Shown: positions 38,171-48,047 of the stretch, in pieces
Layout: each line of letters starts with the position of its first letter
Numbering within the stretch: the first letter of the stretch is position 1
Assembly: GCA_903908265.1 (NCBI GenBank)
Contig: CAIVRI010000038.1
Coordinates: forward strand, 28,053-92,052
Source: an uncultured Pseudomonadota bacterium
GTDB lineage: Bacteria; Pseudomonadota; Gammaproteobacteria; Steroidobacterales; Steroidobacteraceae
DNA length: 64,000 bases
Reading direction: 5' to 3'
Notes under the pieces: model-generated
The model's database searches: none
What the model saw: only the letters and a program-made list of their open reading frames with translations
What the model was told of the DNA's origin: nothing
Position numbers and translations under genes: made by a program

Positions 38171-40018
38171 ATGAACCGGTATCCACTTTGGAAGAGCCTG
38201 CTATTTGCAGGCGTCATGCTGCTCGCGCTGCTGATCGCGTTGCCGAACCTGTTTGGCCAGGCGCCGGCGTTGCAGTTGTCACGCAAGGACGGTGAGTTAT
38301 TCACCGGTGCGGCTGCGCTGAATGAAGTCACCGCGAGTTTAGCGCGAGAGCATCTCGATCCCGACCTGGCCTTCGTGCAGGCCGGGCGTATCATGCTGCG
38401 CTTCAAGGATGTACCGACCCAGTTGCGCGCGCGCGACTCGATCGACGCCTCAGCACCTGACTCGTATGCGATCGCAACGACGTTGGCCTCGCGCGCACCG
38501 GAGTGGACGCGGAAGTTTGGCTTAAGGCCGATGAGTTTAGGTCTCGATTTGCGTGGCGGCATCTACCTCGTCTACGAGGTCGATGTTGAGGGCGCGGTCA
38601 AGCAAACGCTGCAGCGACTCGATCGCGATTATCGGTTGGCGCTGCGCGAAAAGAAATTGCAGTACGAATCGGTCGACGGTGGGGCTGGCGGTGTCGACGT
38701 CGTCTTCAAGGATGCAGCGACTGCAGCAAGCGCGCAGAAAGTGCTCGAGGGTGTTGATTCGAACGTGACGCTTGCCGGATCCCCTGATGGGTTGACGATT
38801 CATGCGACGTTGTCTCCTGCGCAGGTCAAGCAGAGACAGGATTTCGCTATCCAGCAAAACATCACGGCATTGGGCAATCGTGTAAACGCACTGGGTGTTT
38901 CTGAAGCCAGTGTGCAGCGACAGGGCGCCAATCGCATTGCAGTGCAGTTGCCGGGCGTGCAGGACGCTAGTGAAGTCATTCGGTTGTTGGGCAAGACCGC
39001 GACGTTGGAAGTCCGTCTGGTTAGCGATTCGGGCAACGCTATCGAAGCGCAGTCCTCGGGACGCATCCCTCTAGGCGCCAAGTTATTTAAGGATCGCAGC
39101 GGCCGCCCCGTGCTTCTGCGGCGCGATGTCGTTGTGACGGGCGAGCAACTGACGGACGCGACATCGTCTTATCAGAACGGGGAACCGGCAGTGAGTGTCC
39201 GGCTCGACGCGCGTGGTGGCGACGAAATGTTGCGGACAACGCAAGAGAACATTGGTAAGCCGATGGCGATTGTGTTTATCGAGAAGGAGCGTCAACTGCG
39301 CGATCAGGATGGCCAGAAAGTGGCTGTCGATGTGACCAAGGAGCAGGTGATTTCCGTCGCGACCATCCGGGGTGTGTTTTCCTCGCAGTTTCAGATCACT
39401 GGTTTGGCCGCTCGTGAAGGACAGGAACTCGCAAAGCTCTTGCGCGCCGGCGCCCTTGCCGCGCCTGTTTATATTGTTGAGCAGAGACTAATTGGCCCGA
39501 GTCTTGGTCAAGACAACATCGACAAAGGCGTCCGCGCCCTGGAAATTGGTTCTGTTGCCCTGTTCGTCTTTATGGCGCTTTACTACAGCTTGTTCGGCGT
39601 CGTTGCCAATTTCGTACTCGTTTGTAACGTGGTGCTGCTGGCGGCCTTTTTGTCCTTGTTTGGCGCAGCACTGACGCTTCCGGGCATTGCCGGCATTATG
39701 CTCACCGTCGGTATGGCCGTTGACGCGAACATCCTGATCTATGAACGAATTCGAGAAGAAGTGCGTCTCGGTGTGACGCCACATGCCGCCATCAAGGCAG
39801 GCTTCGAGAAGGCATTCTCGGCAATTGGTGACGCGAACGTCACGACCCTAATTGCCGGTGTCGTGCTTTGGTCATTCGGTACGGGCCCGATTAAAGGCTT
39901 TGCCGTCGTGCTGTCGGTTGGCATCCTAACAACGCTATTTACCGCGTTAGTGGGTACTCGCACAGTGATCGGCCTCGTCTGGGGCAGCAAGTCGGCCATT
40001 TCGCGGCTGCCGGTCTGA
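38171..40018 (+). CDS. secD: Protein translocase subunit SecD
   Basis: 615 aa with an N-terminal TM, a large periplasmic domain and a C-terminal 5-TM block (LPGIAGIMLTVGMAVDANILIYERIREE). Confidence 0.95.
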   Translation: MNRYPLWKSLLFAGVMLLALLIALPNLFGQAPALQLSRKDGELFTGAAALNEVTASLAREHLDPDLAFVQAGRIMLRFKDVPTQLRARDSIDASAPDSYAIATTLASRAPEWTRKFGLRPMSLGLDLRGGIYLVYEVDVEGAVKQTLQRLDRDYRLALREKKLQYESVDGGAGGVDVVFKDAATAASAQKVLEGVDSNVTLAGSPDGLTIHATLSPAQVKQRQDFAIQQNITALGNRVNALGVSEASVQRQGANRIAVQLPGVQDASEVIRLLGKTATLEVRLVSDSGNAIEAQSSGRIPLGAKLFKDRSGRPVLLRRDVVVTGEQLTDATSSYQNGEPAVSVRLDARGGDEMLRTTQENIGKPMAIVFIEKERQLRDQDGQKVAVDVTKEQVISVATIRGVFSSQFQITGLAAREGQELAKLLRAGALAAPVYIVEQRLIGPSLGQDNIDKGVRALEIGSVALFVFMALYYSLFGVVANFVLVCNVVLLAAFLSLFGAALTLPGIAGIMLTVGMAVDANILIYERIREEVRLGVTPHAAIKAGFEKAFSAIGDANVTTLIAGVVLWSFGTGPIKGFAVVLSVGILTTLFTALVGTRTVIGLVWGSKSAISRLPV

Positions 40019-40037
40019 TTTCGGGGAGTCGATAGCC

Positions 40038-40973
40038 ATGGAATTTTTTCGCTCAGTGCCGCGTTACCGCTTTATGTCGGTGCGCAAGCTTTGCTACGCG
40101 CTTTCCGCGCTCATTATCGTCGGCTCGGTCGTCGCAGAGGGCATTCACGGCCTTAATCTCGCGGTCGACTTCACCGGCGGTGTTGTTATTGAAGCGGCTT
40201 TTACCGGTGCCGCCAATCTAGACGGTACCCGCAATGCCTTGAAGTCAGCAGGGTACTCGGAAGTCACCGTGCAGAACTTTGGCTCGTCCAAGGACGTGCT
40301 AGTTCGGTTACCGCCGCTTGGCGAGAGAGAGTCGCCAAACACGGTGACGACCAAGGTGGAGACGGCGCTGCAGACGGTCGACGCTGGCGTGCAGATCCGT
40401 CGGACTGAGGTTGTGGGGCCGCAGGTAGGACGTGAGCTGGTGGTCAAAGGCATGCAGGCAATGGCGATTACGGTATTGCTCATTCTTTTGTACATCGCCA
40501 TGCGCTTCCGCTGGAAGTTTGGTGTGGGCGCCGTGCTGGCGACGTTGCATGACCCATTCGTCGTGATCGGCGTTTTTGCGTTGACGGGCATGACCTTTGA
40601 TTTGACGGTGTTGGCCGCCGTACTGGCCGTCATCGGCTATTCGATCAACGAAACGGTTGTCGTGTTTGACCGTGTCCGCGAATTATTTCCGGTGATGCGC
40701 AATGAAACGCCGGAGCAGGTGTTTGATCGAGCCATTAATGAGACCCTGTCGCGTACCGTTATTACGAAGGTGGCGACCCTGATTGTCGTAGTTGCGCTGT
40801 ACTTGTTCGGCGGAGAGTCGTTGCGTGGCTTCGGTCTGGCGTTGATCGTCGGTATTATTGCGGTGACTTATTCGTCGATGTTCGTCGCCAGTGGCGTTGC
40901 GCTCGACCTGGGGTCCTCCCACAGAGACCTGATGCCATCCGAGCGTCAGACCTTAGTCGATGACCTGCCATAG
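40038..40973 (+). CDS. secF: Protein translocase subunit SecF
   Basis: 311 aa with SecF blocks GLNLAVDFTGG and VIGYSINETVVVFDRVRE. It lies immediately downstream of secD. Confidence 0.95.
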   Translation: MEFFRSVPRYRFMSVRKLCYALSALIIVGSVVAEGIHGLNLAVDFTGGVVIEAAFTGAANLDGTRNALKSAGYSEVTVQNFGSSKDVLVRLPPLGERESPNTVTTKVETALQTVDAGVQIRRTEVVGPQVGRELVVKGMQAMAITVLLILLYIAMRFRWKFGVGAVLATLHDPFVVIGVFALTGMTFDLTVLAAVLAVIGYSINETVVVFDRVRELFPVMRNETPEQVFDRAINETLSRTVITKVATLIVVVALYLFGGESLRGFGLALIVGIIAVTYSSMFVASGVALDLGSSHRDLMPSERQTLVDDLP

Positions 40974-40995
40974 GGCAGCCTAGGGGTTCGACGTT

Positions 40996-41733
40996 ATGGT
41001 CGGCCTACTGACAGACCCGTCTGCGTGGGTGGCTCTGGTCACGCTGACGGTGCTCGAGATTGTTCTGGGCGTGGACAATTTGGTTGTGCTGGCCGTGTTG
41101 GTCTCGCGTCTGCCGCGGGACCAACAACGCGTGGCTAGGCTCGGTGGTTTACTGCTTGCAATGGGTACCCGGATCGCCTTGCTCTTCTCGATCACTTGGC
41201 TGGCGACCTTGACGACGCCGCTGGTAACCGTGCTGAGCCAGGAGATATCCGGACGTGATCTCGCGCTGATCGGCGGCGGCATGTTTCTGCTAGCCAAAAG
41301 CGTGCTCGAAATTCACGCGGCCGTTGAAGGTGGCGCGACTGGCACACAAGGGGCGTCGATGCCGAAAGCTCGTTCTCAGGCGGTGCTTGGCGTGATCCTG
41401 CAGATTGCCGTGATTGATGTGGTGTTTTCGCTTGATTCTGTTTTCACTGCGATCGGCTTTGCCAAAAACATCGAAGTGATGGTGGCCGCTATTGTTTTGG
41501 CGATGCTATTCATGATGCTTGTGGCCGCCCGTATCAGTGCTTTTATTGAGGCGCATCCCACCGTTAAAGTGCTTGCTCTGGCATTTTTACTTCTCATCGG
41601 TGTCGCGCTCATTGCCGACGGACTGGATCAACATATTCCCAAAGGCTATCTCTACTTCGCGATGGCATTCGCGATCGTTGTGGAGATGGTCAATATGCGT
41701 GCGCGTGCGCGCGGCGCGACACCAGAAGGCTAG
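40996..41733 (+). CDS. TerC-family integral membrane protein
   Basis: 245 aa with TerC blocks LEIVLGVDNLVVLAVL and VIDVVFSLDSVFTAIG. Confidence 0.85.
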   Translation: MVGLLTDPSAWVALVTLTVLEIVLGVDNLVVLAVLVSRLPRDQQRVARLGGLLLAMGTRIALLFSITWLATLTTPLVTVLSQEISGRDLALIGGGMFLLAKSVLEIHAAVEGGATGTQGASMPKARSQAVLGVILQIAVIDVVFSLDSVFTAIGFAKNIEVMVAAIVLAMLFMMLVAARISAFIEAHPTVKVLALAFLLLIGVALIADGLDQHIPKGYLYFAMAFAIVVEMVNMRARARGATPEG

Positions 41734-41736
41734 TTC

Positions 41737-43668
41737 ATGGATACCTCCGATTTCGGCTCGTCCGAAATTTCACAGGAGCGCTATGCGGCGCAGGCCCATC
41801 ATGCAGGGCCGCTGCACCTTCTGGCGCTCGGTGCGCTAGGTATCGTCTATGGCGATATTGGTACGAGCCCTCTTTATGCCTTCCGGACGTGTGTCCAAGC
41901 GCTTGGTGATACGGGCGGCAATGTGCCGCTGCCGGTCGTCTTAGGATTGCTCTCGCTTATTTTCTGGGCCATCACACTGGTAGTGACGGTCAAGTACGTG
42001 GGCATCGTAATGAATGCCGATAACCGCGGGGAGGGCGGCGTACTTGCGTTGACTGCGCTGGTGGTCAATGAAGGGCGTCCTAAACACCCCTGGTTACTCG
42101 GTGCGCTCGGTCTTGCCGGCTGTGCGTTTTTTTACGGCGACGGGACTATTACTCCGGCTGTGTCGGTCTTGTCCGCGATCGAAGGCCTTGAACTTGTTGA
42201 TCCAAATTTCGCCAAAGCGGTGGTGCCACTGTCCGTGGTTGTGCTGTTCGCATTGTTTGCCGGTCAACGGCACGGGACCGGACGTATTGGGCGCCTTTTT
42301 GGGCCGATCATGTTGGTGTGGTTTACCGTTCTAGGTGTGCTTGGCTTTGCGCAAATTGTGCGTCATCCGGGCGTGCTGATCGCGATCAGTCCGTGGTACG
42401 CGATTCAGTTTCTTGTTAGTCATCCGGCGATTGGGGGCGCGGTAGCCTCTGCGGTATTTCTGGCCGTGACGGGTGGTGAGGCGCTGTATGCGGATCTTGG
42501 TCATTTTGGCAAAAAGCCGATTCGGTTGGCTTGGTTCGTGCTCGTTTGGCCCGCCTTGATCCTTAACTACTTCGGTCAGGGAGCGTTGATTCTGTCGAAT
42601 CCCGCGGCTGCTGCTGATCCTTTTTACTATTTGGCACCGCCGGCCTTATTGATGCCGCTTGTCGTATTGGCAACCGCCGCGACCATCATTGCCTCGCAGG
42701 CCGTGATCTCCGGTGTCTTTTCGATGACGCAGCAGGCCTTACAGCTGGGTTTTCTGCCGCGCATGAAAGTGCTGCAGACTTCAGACGAAGCGATTGGCCA
42801 AATCTACGTTCCTGCGGTGAACACGCTACTGGGCATCGCGACCGTCGGACTGGTGTTATGGTTCAAGTCCTCCGATGCCCTGGCCGGCGCCTACGGCATT
42901 GCGGTGGTTTGCACGATGGTGATTACGTCGGTGCTGATCGATGTGCTGCTTGCGCATCGGCGTAAGCTGGATCGGACGGCCGGCATTATGCTGGCGGTTG
43001 CGTTGCCGATGGGTCTTCTGGACATTGCCTTCATGATGACGAACGTCGAGAAGATTCCGCAGGGCGGCTGGTTCCCACTGCTGTGTGGTTTGGCGGTGTT
43101 CATCACAATGCGTAGTTGGATGATTGGCCGCAAAGTGGTCGAGGATCAATCCGGTCGCCACGAGCAGCCGGTTAAAACTTTTCTTGATAAGCTTGAACAG
43201 TCGCCGGTCACGGTAGTGCCGGGCACGGCAGTGTTCATGACGAGTCGTACCGGTGCGGTGCCCTCCACTTTAACCCGTAATGTGCACTGTAATGGGGTCC
43301 TGCACGAGCACACGGTGCTACTGACGGTTGTGACTGAGCGGATACCCCGGGTGGCGCGCGGTGGCCGTTTGAAGGTGACCCGGTTGGGTCCCCATTTGTG
43401 GGGCGTCGAGGTGCATATCGGGTTCGTCGAACGGGCCGACGTGCCGCGCCTGTTGCGTGAGGCGGAGCGTCTTGGTCTGGGCTTTCGGACGGAGAATGCG
43501 ACCTATTTCTTGGGTCGGGATGACATTATTTTGTCCAGTCCGCGTGGCATGGCACGGTGGCGCAAGCGCTTGTTTGTCTTTATGGACCGTAACGCAGAGT
43601 TTGCCGGAACGCACTACTCGCTTCCTCCGGAGCGCATTATCGAACTAGGCGGGCAGGTCGAAATCTGA
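41737..43668 (+). CDS. kup: KUP/HAK/KT potassium uptake transporter
   Basis: 643 aa with blocks ALGIVYGDIGTSPLY, GEGGVLAL and FYGDGTITPAVSVLSA, plus a C-terminal cytoplasmic domain. It starts 3 nt after the terC-family stop. Confidence 0.93.
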   Translation: MDTSDFGSSEISQERYAAQAHHAGPLHLLALGALGIVYGDIGTSPLYAFRTCVQALGDTGGNVPLPVVLGLLSLIFWAITLVVTVKYVGIVMNADNRGEGGVLALTALVVNEGRPKHPWLLGALGLAGCAFFYGDGTITPAVSVLSAIEGLELVDPNFAKAVVPLSVVVLFALFAGQRHGTGRIGRLFGPIMLVWFTVLGVLGFAQIVRHPGVLIAISPWYAIQFLVSHPAIGGAVASAVFLAVTGGEALYADLGHFGKKPIRLAWFVLVWPALILNYFGQGALILSNPAAAADPFYYLAPPALLMPLVVLATAATIIASQAVISGVFSMTQQALQLGFLPRMKVLQTSDEAIGQIYVPAVNTLLGIATVGLVLWFKSSDALAGAYGIAVVCTMVITSVLIDVLLAHRRKLDRTAGIMLAVALPMGLLDIAFMMTNVEKIPQGGWFPLLCGLAVFITMRSWMIGRKVVEDQSGRHEQPVKTFLDKLEQSPVTVVPGTAVFMTSRTGAVPSTLTRNVHCNGVLHEHTVLLTVVTERIPRVARGGRLKVTRLGPHLWGVEVHIGFVERADVPRLLREAERLGLGFRTENATYFLGRDDIILSSPRGMARWRKRLFVFMDRNAEFAGTHYSLPPERIIELGGQVEI

Positions 43669-43738
43669 GCTAGGTGCCGCGCAGTTGCCCTCTGAGGGGG
43701 GTTCGTGCGTACAATCGATTCGTTAACCTGGGGGTTCC

Positions 43739-45235
43739 ATGAAGCAATTTCGGATCAAGCCGCTCGACGAAATACTCGCGACGGCCGAAAAGAAGGCCCT
43801 GCATCGCTCGCTGGGGGCCTTCCAGCTAACGATGCTCGGCATCGGCGCTATTATCGGTACGGGCATTTTCGTGCTCACGGCCGAAGCCGCGCAGAAAGCC
43901 GGTCCTGGCATGATGGTGTCGTTCCTGATCGCGGGCTTTGTCTGTGCGGTGACGGCGCTGTGTTACGCCGAAATGGCCTCGATGATCCCGGTCTCCGGAT
44001 CGGCTTACACCTACACGTATGGCGTCCTCGGTGAACGCGTGGCTTGGGTTGTGGGCTGGGCTCTAATTCTCGAGTACGCCATTGCGGCGAGTACCGTGTC
44101 GGTTGGGTGGTCCGGCTACGTAGCGGGCATCTTGCGAAATTTGCATTCGCTGCTCCCGTTCCTGCCCAATATCAATTTGCCCGCTGCGTGGATCAACGGG
44201 CCACTCGATGGCGGCATCATCAACGTGCCGGCGCTGCTGATCTCCCTATTGGTGACCTGTTTGCTGGTCATCGGTACGCGCGAGAGCGCGCGGGTTAATG
44301 CGGTACTTGTATCGATAAAAATCTTGGCTTTGGTGGTGTTCATCTTTTTGGCGCTACCGGTCATGCAAATCGAGAATTTTCATCCGTTCGCACCGAACGG
44401 GTGGGTCGGATCCTCCGGAGTGGCGCCCGCTGCGGCCTCAATTTTCTTTGCCTACGTCGGTTTCGACGCAGTCTCGACTGCCGCGGAGGAAACGAAAAAT
44501 CCCAATCGAAATATACCAATTGGCCTGATCGGCTCACTTGCGATTTGCACGGTGTTCTACATTCTAGTGGCTGCCGGTGCGATCGGTTCGGTCGGAGCGC
44601 AGCCTTTGATGGATGCCCATGGAGTGGGTCTTGAGCCGGGTAGCACGCAATTGGCCGCGGCTTGCAAAGGTGTCGAGCAATTGGTTTGCAGCAAGGAACC
44701 ATTAGCATTTGTGCTGCGAACCATGGGCCATGCGCACGTCGGTAACCTCATTGGGCTGGCCGCCGGTCTTGCGCTGCCCTCGGTGATTCTGATGATGCTC
44801 TTCGGTCAGACTCGCATCTTCTTCTCGATGGCGCGTGATGGTCTATTGCCACCGGTATTTACGCGCATTCATCCTAAGTACAAGACACCGCACATCATCA
44901 CCATTGCGACAGGCATTTTTGCGTCGTTTTTTGCCGCGCTGTTTCCGGTGGGCAAGCTGGCTGATATTTCGAACTCGGGTACGCTGTTTGCGTTTCTGGT
45001 GGTGTCTGCCGGCGTCCTGATTCTGCGCAAGACAGATCCGGATCGTAAGCGGCATTTCCGTGCGCCAATGGTCTGGGTGATGGCTCCGTTAGCGATTGCC
45101 GGTTGTGCGTTCTTGTTTACGCAGCTATCCGGCTACACGATCACGCTATTCTTTAGTTGGGCGGCGATTGGCCTAGTGGTCTACTGGTCGTACGGCAATC
45201 GGCATAGCCATTTGGCGATTTCGCAGCGTAAATAG
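43739..45235 (+). CDS. APC-superfamily amino acid permease (cationic amino acid transporter-like)
   Basis: 498 aa, about 12-14 TM segments, with N-terminal LGAFQLTMLGIGAIIGTGIFVLTAEAA and FAYVGFDAVSTAAEETKNPNRNIP blocks. Confidence 0.88.
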   Translation: MKQFRIKPLDEILATAEKKALHRSLGAFQLTMLGIGAIIGTGIFVLTAEAAQKAGPGMMVSFLIAGFVCAVTALCYAEMASMIPVSGSAYTYTYGVLGERVAWVVGWALILEYAIAASTVSVGWSGYVAGILRNLHSLLPFLPNINLPAAWINGPLDGGIINVPALLISLLVTCLLVIGTRESARVNAVLVSIKILALVVFIFLALPVMQIENFHPFAPNGWVGSSGVAPAAASIFFAYVGFDAVSTAAEETKNPNRNIPIGLIGSLAICTVFYILVAAGAIGSVGAQPLMDAHGVGLEPGSTQLAAACKGVEQLVCSKEPLAFVLRTMGHAHVGNLIGLAAGLALPSVILMMLFGQTRIFFSMARDGLLPPVFTRIHPKYKTPHIITIATGIFASFFAALFPVGKLADISNSGTLFAFLVVSAGVLILRKTDPDRKRHFRAPMVWVMAPLAIAGCAFLFTQLSGYTITLFFSWAAIGLVVYWSYGNRHSHLAISQRK

Positions 45236-45244
45236 TCAGATTAG

Positions 45245-45270
45245 AGTCGCCGCCCGTCAGGGCGGCGACT
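45245..45270. terminator. Strong hairpin between the convergent permease and suhB genes (bidirectional terminator candidate)
   Basis: Perfect 11-bp GC-rich stem AGTCGCCGCCC (45245-45255) with GGGCGGCGACT (45260-45270) and loop GTCA. It lies 10 nt after the permease stop and 12 nt before the suhB stop. Confidence 0.7.
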
Positions 45271-45281
45271 GCTCTGTGCGT

Positions 45282-46091
45282 TTAGCGCGTGCGGAATTCT
45301 GCCGGTACGTGTGGCGCGATCAGTGCCAGCAGCGCTTCGTAGGTTTTGGGTGAGCCAGCGACTACTTCGCCGCCCAGTTCGTATTCCTCGCCCGTCAAGG
45401 TGCCGATACGGCCGCCCGCTTCGGTCACCAGTAGCGAACCGGCAGCAGTGTCCCAAGGGCTTAAACCCAACTCCCAGAAGCCATCGGTGCGACCTGCGGC
45501 CACATAGGCCAAGTCCAAGGCAGCGGAGCCCGGTCGACGAATGCCAGCGGTATTTTGGATCACGTCTTTCAGCATCGCCAGATACGCGTCGAGCCAGCGC
45601 GTGTTGGAGTGGTAAGGAAGGCCGGTACCGATCAGTGCGCCCTCGAGGCCGCGGCTGTTACTGACGCGAATACGGTGGTCTTCCAGTTTGGCGCCGCCGC
45701 CGCGCGATGCGGTAAACAGTTCCTGACGCATCGGGTCGTAGACCACAGCATGATCGACTCGACCACGGATCTGCACGCCGATGGAGACACAGAAGTGGGG
45801 TAAGCCGTGCAGGTAGTTGGTCGTGCCGTCGAGCGGGTCGATGATCCAGGTCACTTCCTCGCGACCGGGTTTCAGACCGCTCTCTTCGGCGAGGATGCCG
45901 TGATCCGGGTAGGCCCGGCGGATAGTCTCGATAATGTCCGCTTCGGCGTTGCGATCGACGTCGGTGACGAAGTCGTTGCGACCTTTAGTCGTCACGTCGA
46001 GGGAATCGAGGCGGTTCATCCCCCGGAGGATGACGGTGCTTGCCCGCCGCGCTGCGCGGATGGCGATGTTAACGAGCGGATGAGTTGACAC
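45282..46091 (-). CDS. suhB: Inositol monophosphatase family protein SuhB
   Basis: Blocks LNIAIRAARRA, ILAEESG, WIIDPLDGTTNYLHG and WDTAAG. GTG start at 46091. It is divergent from trmJ, as in many gammaproteobacteria. Confidence 0.92.
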   Translation of the reverse strand: MSTHPLVNIAIRAARRASTVILRGMNRLDSLDVTTKGRNDFVTDVDRNAEADIIETIRRAYPDHGILAEESGLKPGREEVTWIIDPLDGTTNYLHGLPHFCVSIGVQIRGRVDHAVVYDPMRQELFTASRGGGAKLEDHRIRVSNSRGLEGALIGTGLPYHSNTRWLDAYLAMLKDVIQNTAGIRRPGSAALDLAYVAAGRTDGFWELGLSPWDTAAGSLLVTEAGGRIGTLTGEEYELGGEVVAGSPKTYEALLALIAPHVPAEFRTR

Positions 46092-46119
46092 TAGATATTC
46101 ACCAGACTGCCGTACGGGG

Positions 46120-46902
46120 GTGCAAGGCTCAAAGTGGCGCGTAGAATATCAGAGACCCAAGGAGAACCTTCTTCCCGTGCCGATTCGCTTCATCCTCGTC
46201 GCCCCCAGCCACCCCGGCAACGTCGGTGCCGCTGCCCGTGCCATGAAAACCATGGGGGTGGAGGAGCTCTGGCTCGTTGCGCCTGCCCAATATCCGCACC
46301 CGGAGGCCACGGCGTTGGCCTCCAGTGCGGCCGATTTGCTGGATCGCGCCACCGTGGTCGATACGCTGTCCGAGGCCGTGCAGGGTTGTACGCTCGTATT
46401 GGGCACCTCAGCGCGGCTGCGCACCGCATTGTATTGGCCGGTAATGACCCCGCGGGAGGCGGCCCCCAAACTACTCGAGGCCGCCGTAGACGGCCCTGTG
46501 GCGGTGGTCTTTGGCACCGAACGTACCGGGTTGACCAATGCAGACTTTGAACGCTGTAACGCGCTGATTCATATCCCAGCAAACCCGGCTTACGAGTCCC
46601 TCAATTTGTCCCAGGCGGTCCAGATCGTCGCCTACGAGTTGCGCTGTGCGATGGCGTTGCCGCGGCCCGAAGCGCGTCGACTGGTGCCGTTGGCGCCCGC
46701 GGAGGAACTCGATCGGCTGAATGCTCACATGGGGCAAGTCCTTGCGGCGGTTGCGTTTACTGACCGTGCTGGCGGCGGGCATTTAGAACGGCGATTTGCG
46801 CGCATCTTTGGGCGGGCCGAGCTGGATTGTCACGAGGTCAACATGCTGCGTGGACTCTTGGCGTCGGTACTGGTGAAGGCTCGGGGAGGGGCAGAATCCT
46901 GA
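46120..46902 (+). CDS. trmJ: tRNA (cytidine/uridine-2'-O)-methyltransferase TrmJ (SpoU class)
   Basis: IRFILVAPSHPGNVGAAARAMKTMG N-terminal block, VFGTERTGL, and IPANPAYESLNLSQAV (SPOUT knot). The start is uncertain: GTG 46120, only 28 nt from the suhB start, or GTG 46177, which follows an AAGGAG 12 nt upstream. Confidence 0.88.
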   Translation: MQGSKWRVEYQRPKENLLPVPIRFILVAPSHPGNVGAAARAMKTMGVEELWLVAPAQYPHPEATALASSAADLLDRATVVDTLSEAVQGCTLVLGTSARLRTALYWPVMTPREAAPKLLEAAVDGPVAVVFGTERTGLTNADFERCNALIHIPANPAYESLNLSQAVQIVAYELRCAMALPRPEARRLVPLAPAEELDRLNAHMGQVLAAVAFTDRAGGGHLERRFARIFGRAELDCHEVNMLRGLLASVLVKARGGAES

Positions 46903-48047
46903 TGACCGTCTATTTGGATCACGCGGCCAGTACCCCGGTAGATCCGCGTGTCGCTGCCGTGATGGCTGAAAGTCTGGCCCGCGGCGATGCTAATCCCTCT
47001 GCGACCCACGGGGCCGGGCGGGCCGCGAGAGCGCAGGTGGAGACCGCCCGCGCCGAGATCGCAGCGTTGGTCGGGGCGCAGCCCGGCGAAATTATTTTTA
47101 CCTCCGGCGCCACCGAGGCGGACAACCTGGCGCTGTTTGGGCTGATGCGCGCGGTGCCGGCACGTGGGCGGCATCTTGTGGTCAGCCGGATCGAACACCG
47201 GGCCGTGCTCGATGTCGCCGGTCGGCTCGAGGTTGAGGGCTGCGCCGTCAGTTATGTCCCCTCGGGGCGGGAGGGTCTGGTGCCCCTGTCGGCAGTGGAT
47301 GCGGCACTGCGGGCCGATACCCGACTGCTCTCGGTCATGCTCGTGAATAACGAAACCGGCGTTATCCAAGACGTTGGCGGGATTGCGGCGCTTTGTCGAT
47401 CCCGCGATGCGCTGGTACACACCGATGCGGCACAGGCGTTGGGACACATCCGCATGGATTTGCCGTCGTTGGGCGTGGACCTTGCCAGCCTCTCAGCCCA
47501 CAAGATGGGCGGTCCGCCGGGAATCGGGGCGCTATGGGTGGGTGCGCGTGCGGCACCCCTGCTAGAGCCGATGCTTTATGGCGGAGGGCAGGAGCGCGGC
47601 TTGCGGCCAGGCACACTGCCCGTCCACCAGATCATCGGTTTCGGGGAGGCCTGTCGACTCGCGCGCCTAGCGGAGTCCACAGATGCCGCGCATTACCAGG
47701 CGCTGACCCATGCGCTTGCCAGCCACTTGCTGGCGCTCCCGGGTGTTCGGCGCAATGGCACTGCGCAGGCGTGTGCGCCGCACCTGTTGAATCTGTCCTT
47801 TTCGGGTGTGGACGGGGAGGCGCTCCATGCGAGTCTGATTGGGCTGGCGGTTTCGGGTGGGTCTGCCTGTGGGGCAGCACGCGGTGAGCCCAGCTATGTG
47901 TTACGTGCGCTCGGCCTAGACGATACGGCCGCGGAAGCCTCGGTTCGATTCAGTGTAGGGCGTCAAACTACGCTTAAAGAGATAGAAATTGCGGCTAAAA
48001 TCGTCGAAAATGCTTATTTAAGACTGCTAGAGCTCGCGCCCTCATGA
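46902..48047 (+). CDS. iscS: Class I cysteine desulfurase (IscS/NifS-like, 381 aa)
   Basis: The ATG at 46902 shares a base with the trmJ stop (TGATG). It has the PLP-lysine motif SAHKMGGPPGIG and the active-site loop SGGSACGAARGEPSYVLRALG. It is shorter than typical 404-aa IscS. Confidence 0.85.
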   Translation: MTVYLDHAASTPVDPRVAAVMAESLARGDANPSATHGAGRAARAQVETARAEIAALVGAQPGEIIFTSGATEADNLALFGLMRAVPARGRHLVVSRIEHRAVLDVAGRLEVEGCAVSYVPSGREGLVPLSAVDAALRADTRLLSVMLVNNETGVIQDVGGIAALCRSRDALVHTDAAQALGHIRMDLPSLGVDLASLSAHKMGGPPGIGALWVGARAAPLLEPMLYGGGQERGLRPGTLPVHQIIGFGEACRLARLAESTDAAHYQALTHALASHLLALPGVRRNGTAQACAPHLLNLSFSGVDGEALHASLIGLAVSGGSACGAARGEPSYVLRALGLDDTAAEASVRFSVGRQTTLKEIEIAAKIVENAYLRLLELAPS